From assembly GCA_001179505.1 (NCBI GenBank), contig CDMY01000531.1, positions 124,001 to 188,000 on the forward strand: 64,000 nt of DNA. The letters are read 5' to 3'. The stretch is from Vitrella brassicaformis CCMP3155. Lineage: Eukaryota; Protista; Chromerida. Under the pieces are notes generated by a model, which saw only the letters and a program-made list of their open reading frames with translations, made no database searches and was not told the origin of the DNA. Within the stretch, counting starts at the first letter, position 1, and each line of letters opens with the position of its first letter. Position numbers and translations under genes: made by a program. Below are positions 58,505-64,000 of the stretch, one piece after another.

Positions 58505-59706
58505 TCAGAAGGGCTTTCTACACAGGGGACACCTCGGTTTCGGCTCTGGCTGGCCATCCATCTCGCCCCGCCCACCCGCCAGAATGCGCTTATGACACGA
58601 CGCACAATAGCATGTGCAACCTGACACACACCCATGCACATTCAAAACGGCACAGCGAAATGTAGGTCCGTGCGAGTATCCGTGTGAGTGTCTGACTGCG
58701 TCTGCTGCTCACCACATGGCAGCTTCACAGCCTTTGGTTCGGACCAGCATGCCATGCAGACTCGTTCCCTCTCCTGCTCGGCCCTCTCGGCCTCCACTCG
58801 CTGCGACTCGGCCGCGGCCTTGAGCTGCGTCAATCGGGTCATTTCTGCATTGATGTTGCCGACGAGGCATGACAGCTCAGCAGCGCTGATGTGCTGCAGC
58901 CGGTCGCCACGAAGCTGAGCCCCGTCCAGTGCGGCATTCTGCCGACCCAGACGGTCATTCTCGCTCTCGAGGGAGTGGATGGAGCTCTCGCACGTGCGGA
59001 TGGTCCGGCGCAGCCCCGCGATTACAGTGTTCTTGAAGGCGCTGGCCTGCTCGAGTGACTCGAGAGTGGCCCCTTTCGCCTGGATGACGCTGTCCCTCTC
59101 CTGAATGGCCTTGTCCTTCTCCGATATCACCATGTCCTTCTCGCTGACACACGGACACAAGACGAGAAACAGTAAAGATGGAGAACGGGCCTCCATATCT
59201 CTCTGTGTGTGTGAATGGATGCAGACTTCAGGGTGCTCTTCTGCGTCTCGATGAGCTTCTGCAGTCTGTCAATCCTCTGAAGGGACAGCAAAGCGGCAAG
59301 GCATGAAAGATCAGTTCATATGCCCTTCCCGCCCCTCTCCTCTCTCGGTCTGTCACCTTGTGCGGTCCGACGAGCATCTTGAAGTATTTCGTCTTGCCCC
59401 GGTGTAGGCCACCGCCGTGCTCCTCCTTGTGCATCAACTCATCCTGCAGCAAGAGGGAAGGCCCGTACTCATCTGCACTTATGTGTTTTGTCCGCAACAC
59501 ACCTCCTCTTCCTTCCTGAGGGCCTTGAGCGCCTGTAGGTGTTTCTTCGAGCGCTCGTGTGACGCCAGCTGCCCTTCGCTGCGGTAGTGTTTGTTGCAGA
59601 TATCACAGTAATAGATGAGGACATCGCCGCCATGCTCGTCGTCACTGGACTCATCAGAGTAGGGGCTGGGGTCCATGATCTCCCCCTCACTCCTCTCCGA
59701 GCTCGC
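58505..59706 (-). CDS. C2H2 (JAZ/dsRNA-type) zinc finger, coiled coil and RING-like E3 ligase, 5' end in the gap
   Basis: YYCDICNKHYRSEGQLASHERSKKH; coiled-coil exons; VCMACWSEPKAVKLPCG|CTCYCASC..CPLCRKPF* with TGA at 58505-58507. All joins are GT-AG and phase-consistent. Confidence 0.75.
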
Positions 59707-59709
59707 ACG

Positions 59710-59745
<36 letters not shown>

Positions 59746-60045
59746 NNNNNNNNNNNNNNNNNNNNNNNNNNNNNNNNNNNNNNNNNNNNNNNNNNNNNNN
59801 NNNNNNNNNNNNNNNNNNNNNNNNNNNNNNNNNNNNNNNNNNNNNNNNNNNNNNNNNNNNNNNNNNNNNNNNNNNNNNNNNNNNNNNNNNNNNNNNNNNN
59901 NNNNNNNNNNNNNNNNNNNNNNNNNNNNNNNNNNNNNNNNNNNNNNNNNNNNNNNNNNNNNNNNNNNNNNNNNNNNNNNNNNNNNNNNNNNNNNNNNNNN
60001 NNNNNNNNNNNNNNNNNNNNNNNNNNNNNNNNNNNNNNNNNNNNN
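59746..60045. other. Assembly gap (300 N) flanked by poly-C
   Basis: N run with long C homopolymers on both sides. Confidence 0.95.
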
Positions 60046-60166
60046 CCCCCCCCCCCCCCCCCCCCCCCCCCCGGCGGCCCCTCCCCTCTCCTCCTTTTTT
60101 TCTGGGGAGGCCATCCTCCCCCGAGCGCATTCACCGACTCAGCAGCATCGTTTGCGCCACAAATTG

Positions 60167-62464
60167 ATGATGGAGGAGCTGCAGAGGCGACTTGAGCGCC
60201 TTGAGGGGCAAGTTGCGGAGCTCACAGTCCCGGAAGATGCAATGACGAACGCTATGGCACAGCACCAACGGTCGAAAGAAGAACTGGTGGAGATGCTCAA
60301 ACGGCAGCTGGAGCAGGCAGAACAGCGCAACAGGCAGCTTGAGGCGGAGTTGGCTGAGCTGCGTGAACTGGTTCACCGTCAGCCCGTCGAGCTCATTCTC
60401 GATGACGGCAGCAAATACTATGGTCGAGTCAAGAACGGCCGTCCGCACGGCCCCGGCAAGCAGACCGACACGTACGGCCAGAGGAAGATCTACGAGGGGC
60501 AGTGGACGGACGGCAAATACGACGGCATCGGTGTGTCATTCCATGACACGGCAAAGAAGTACGATGGCAGATGGAAGAACGGGCAGATGGTCGGCAAGGC
60601 AACAGCACAGGAGATGCCCTTGGGTGACGGCAGTATCTATGCCGGCCCCCTTCTGAATGGGAAGCCACACGGCCAGGGCACAGCGACGTGGTCAAATGGC
60701 GGCAGCTGCACGGGGGAGTGGGAGCATGGGCAGCTGACTGGCGAGGGGGGAGCCGACAAGATCCCTCTCGGGGACGGCGAGACTTACACCGGCCCACTGC
60801 ACAATGGAAAGCCACACGGCCAGGGGACAGCGAGATGGCAGAACCGCGGCACATCCACAGGCACATGGGAGCATGGGCAGATGGTCGGCAAAGGGACCGC
60901 CTACATGATTCCCTTGGGGGACGGCACCACCTACACAGGCCCGTTGCTTGACGGCAAGCCGCATGGCCAGGGTACGAGCTATTATCAGAATGGCAACAAG
61001 GTGTATGAGGGCCAGTGGGAAATGGGGAAGAAACACGGCCAGGGCATACTCTACAACAGCTCAGGATCCTCTCAGAAGCGAGACATGGTATGCGAGGGCC
61101 GGTGGGCTACTGGAGAGATGGTGGAAGAGGGCACAGCGCATCGGCTGCCATGGAAAGGCTATCACTACCAAGGACCCTTGCGCAACGGCATCCCTCACGG
61201 ATGCGGGACGGCACACTGGTCTGACGGCAGCTGCAAAGGCCGGTGGGCGAATGGCGAGATGGTCGGCGAGGTGAGAGCCGTCAAGATGCCCTTGGGGGAT
61301 GGCACCACCTACACAGGCCGGCTGCTTGACGGCAAGCCTCATGACCAGGGAACAGTGCAGGGCAGCATACAGCTAGAGGATCGCACCACCTATAGTGGGC
61401 CCCTACGCAACGGCAAACCACATGGCAGAGGGACAGCAAGCTTGCCGACCGGCGGTAGTTACACAGGGCACTGGGAGAATGGACTGCAGATTGCTGCTGC
61501 GGGGTGGGCGAACAAGCTGCCTTTGGCGGACGGCAGGCGCTATGACGGTTCCCTCTTCAACGGCATGCCTCATGGCTACGGCACCAGCTATCAACAGAGT
61601 GGCAAGAAGGATTACGAAGGGGAGTGGAGACACGGAAAGCAAGATGGCGAAGGGACTCAGTTCAACCACGCAAACGACTCAAAAGCCTTCGACGGGCAGT
61701 GGGTTGCCGGCAAGGTGGTGGGAGAGGGCAAAGCTCACCGGTTCCCGTGGGAAGTGTACGACTATGAAGGGGCCCTCCTGGATGGCAAGCCCCACGGCAA
61801 AGGGACGGCACACTGGTCAAACCCACGCACAGGATGGACGGGCAAATCCACAGGAAATTGGGCCAACGGACAGAAGGCGTCTGGTGATGGCAAGGCAGAC
61901 AATATGCCCTTGGAGGATGGCAGCATTTACACAGGCGCGCTGCTCGACCACAAGCCACACGGCCGGGGCACCAGCTATTGTCCGAATCGCAGAGAACGGT
62001 ACGAGGGAGAGTGGAGAGAAGGACAGAGGAACGGCAAGGGCATCAGCTATCAATCCGATGGCAAGACAAAGATGCATGAGGGCCAATGGGAAAATGGGCA
62101 GATGGTCGGTAAGGGGACAGTATCAAAGATGCCCTTGGAGGACGGCAAAGTCTATGATGGCCAAGTGCTCAATGGGATTCCACATGGCCAAGGCACTAGC
62201 TACACGGAATCCTACACCCACGGCGGAGGACCCCAGTCTAAAATGGACTTCAATGGAAGCTGGCAAGACGGGAAGTGGCATGGGCAAGGCACAGTCTGCG
62301 ACCGCAACGGCAAGTCAATGTTCGAGGGAAGATGGGAGGACGGGCTGCCGCAGGAGGGGACTTTCTTTCCTCATTCTGGTGGCTACAATCAGAAGTGGCG
62401 AGCTGGCGAACGGCTGCCTGCTGGCATCCCCAAGATGCTCCATGAGCGTTGGACGATACCCTGA
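60167..62464 (+). CDS. Coiled-coil plus long MORN-repeat protein, intronless (subfamily B)
   Basis: MMEELQRRLERLEGQVAEL..QPVELILDDGSKYYGRVKNGRPHGPG is shared with the 55744 paralogue, followed by more than 20 MORN-like units. Confidence 0.9.
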   Translation: MMEELQRRLERLEGQVAELTVPEDAMTNAMAQHQRSKEELVEMLKRQLEQAEQRNRQLEAELAELRELVHRQPVELILDDGSKYYGRVKNGRPHGPGKQTDTYGQRKIYEGQWTDGKYDGIGVSFHDTAKKYDGRWKNGQMVGKATAQEMPLGDGSIYAGPLLNGKPHGQGTATWSNGGSCTGEWEHGQLTGEGGADKIPLGDGETYTGPLHNGKPHGQGTARWQNRGTSTGTWEHGQMVGKGTAYMIPLGDGTTYTGPLLDGKPHGQGTSYYQNGNKVYEGQWEMGKKHGQGILYNSSGSSQKRDMVCEGRWATGEMVEEGTAHRLPWKGYHYQGPLRNGIPHGCGTAHWSDGSCKGRWANGEMVGEVRAVKMPLGDGTTYTGRLLDGKPHDQGTVQGSIQLEDRTTYSGPLRNGKPHGRGTASLPTGGSYTGHWENGLQIAAAGWANKLPLADGRRYDGSLFNGMPHGYGTSYQQSGKKDYEGEWRHGKQDGEGTQFNHANDSKAFDGQWVAGKVVGEGKAHRFPWEVYDYEGALLDGKPHGKGTAHWSNPRTGWTGKSTGNWANGQKASGDGKADNMPLEDGSIYTGALLDHKPHGRGTSYCPNRRERYEGEWREGQRNGKGISYQSDGKTKMHEGQWENGQMVGKGTVSKMPLEDGKVYDGQVLNGIPHGQGTSYTESYTHGGGPQSKMDFNGSWQDGKWHGQGTVCDRNGKSMFEGRWEDGLPQEGTFFPHSGGYNQKWRAGERLPAGIPKMLHERWTIP

Positions 62465-62794
62465 ATGGTTGGTATTAAAGCTCTAAAGCAGTGGGCCTGC
62501 ATGTGATCTGCATATGACATTGCTCACTTTGTAATATGAGCAATCGATCGGACTTTTGGCTTTTGTGTCTCTGGTTTCAATCCATACAAAGACAGAATTG
62601 CAAGAAGATATAAGAGAACACACAACCAAATTTCGTGGGTCTGTCATTCTGTCACCCTGTCTGACCACACATGCACATGCAATGCTATCCACAGATGGTC
62701 ATCATATCACCACACATGCCTCGATCGTGCCGTTGCTTGTTGCATCCGTGTACGTAGCAACAAAGAAACTCTCAGTCATCGATTGACTGTCGAT

Positions 62795-63772
62795 ATGGTG
62801 TCTCGTGTCGAGCTGTCTCTCTTCCTTTCGCTGCTTGTCGTGGCGGGCGCCGAATGCTCGCTCAGTCGCCTCTCGCCTCTCGACAAATACACACGCATCC
62901 GCAACCCCCCTCCATCCAGGCTGGTCAAGGATGTCACACAGCCGCTTGACGTGCCTGTGAGACAGGCGATGCTCGACACAGACAAGCACAAGAAGAAGAG
63001 AATGGTGAGCGCGGAGGTGCGGCTGTCGTGCAGGACGTGCGAGAGACTGATGAAGCGATACATCGAGAGAATGGTGGAGTTCGACGGCACTGGCTTCGGC
63101 AGCTCGTCCTTCAGACAGTTCTGCGAGGCAATCGCACAGACAGAGACCGACCAATTCACAGAAGCAGACGTGAGCGGCAGGAGACAAGAGACACGCACAA
63201 TCAAACATTCACTGTTGCATGTCTGCTTGTGTGTGTGTTGGTGTGTCAGATTCGTGAGTGCATCAGCATGGCTGCCAATCTTCAGGCGAGAGCTGGCACG
63301 GTGGTGTCGGCCTCCCCCTCCCTCCCTACACCAGGCTTCGCCGCGAGATTCCTGGCTGAATGCTCCAAGAAAGGCGGGCCACCAAGCTGCTACAAAGGCA
63401 AGAAATCACTGCAACGGCCCATTGTGATTGAAAGCTCTGTCGTGAGTGCAGGGTACTGTGAGCGAGAGGCTTCCTGCGTGGAGTGCCCGACGGGTGTGCG
63501 ACTGACAGACAAATCAAGCAAAGACAAGATGACGAGTGGATTTTGGATTGTGTGTGATGTCAAGGTCCTTTCATGATCAACGAGGGCCGCCGCATGATCA
63601 ACGCGACGTGCTCAAATCACGGCGCGTGTCGGCTCAAGAAAGGTGCCTTCACTCGTGTCGCTCGTGTATGTGTGGTCACACTGTCATTCATTATTTGACA
63701 GGCGGTGGTGTCTTCTGCCTGTGTGACGTCAAGTATCATGGCAAGAGCTGTGAGCACAAAGAAGCGGCATAG
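62795..63772 (+). CDS. Secreted Cys-rich protein with saposin-B-like and EGF-like segments (3' structure uncertain)
   Basis: Signal peptide MVSRVELSLFLSLLVVAGAEC. Six-Cys pattern CRTC..FCE..|IREC..ECS..SC. A downstream exon reads FCLCDVKYHGKSCE. The first ORF stops at 63576, so a second intron is needed to reach the EGF-like exon. Confidence 0.5.
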
Positions 63773-64000
63773 GCGCATGATCCATTCACTCGAGCGTCCC
63801 ACAAACAGCCAGAGCCAGGCGGACAGACAGACACACAGAGCAGAATGACACGAGCATGACGTGACAAGTAATGATATCAATGGCTGTACAAGGTCACTCA
63901 TCACAGTTCACTCATCTCTCCGCCCCATCTATCATGCTCATCTTATCTCCCACCCTCTCCCTTCCACTCCTGACCGCCGCCAGCAGCACCGCCCATCATC

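Noticed and set aside
1-64000. Genome-wide stop-codon reassignment
   Set aside because: Conserved genes have no internal stops, use TGG for Trp and terminate with TAA, TAG and TGA. It is retained only as a minor alternative for the accessory genes.
1-64000. CRISPR arrays, rRNA, tRNA or autonomous transposons
   Set aside because: No repeat-spacer periodicity, recognisable RNA gene, or RT, integrase or transposase motif was seen. Short repeats are ordinary intronic microsatellites.

Overview
Eukaryotic, GC-rich nuclear DNA with short introns full of microsatellites ((CA)n, (GACA)n, (GGAT)n) and two 300-N gaps. The gene content (Kelch-domain phosphatase PPKL, a plastid-targeted RPH1-like protein, an EGF/PAN secreted protein, expanded intronless ankyrin and MORN families) points to a chromerid alveolate, most likely Vitrella brassicaformis (inference). 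Intron-rich conserved genes (PRP19, CFAP97-domain, MYND, TPR, PPKL, NCBP3) alternate with intronless accessory genes. The strongest candidate for a new system is the 54-62.5 kb block. It holds two convergent intronless genes, each encoding a coiled coil plus a minimal PARP/Gig2-like ADP-ribosyltransferase domain (H-[Y/F]-E motifs), and a C2H2-finger/coiled-coil/RING gene. All three lie between two outward-facing coiled-coil/MORN-repeat paralogues. Other signals: a 17-20 bp motif repeated six times around a mosaic-duplicated atypical kinase, an 11-13 bp motif in four upstream regions, an 82-nt ungapped intergenic hairpin, and in-frame stops or mutated splice acceptors in three non-core genes. 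Exon structures were inferred by eye and no database searches were run.
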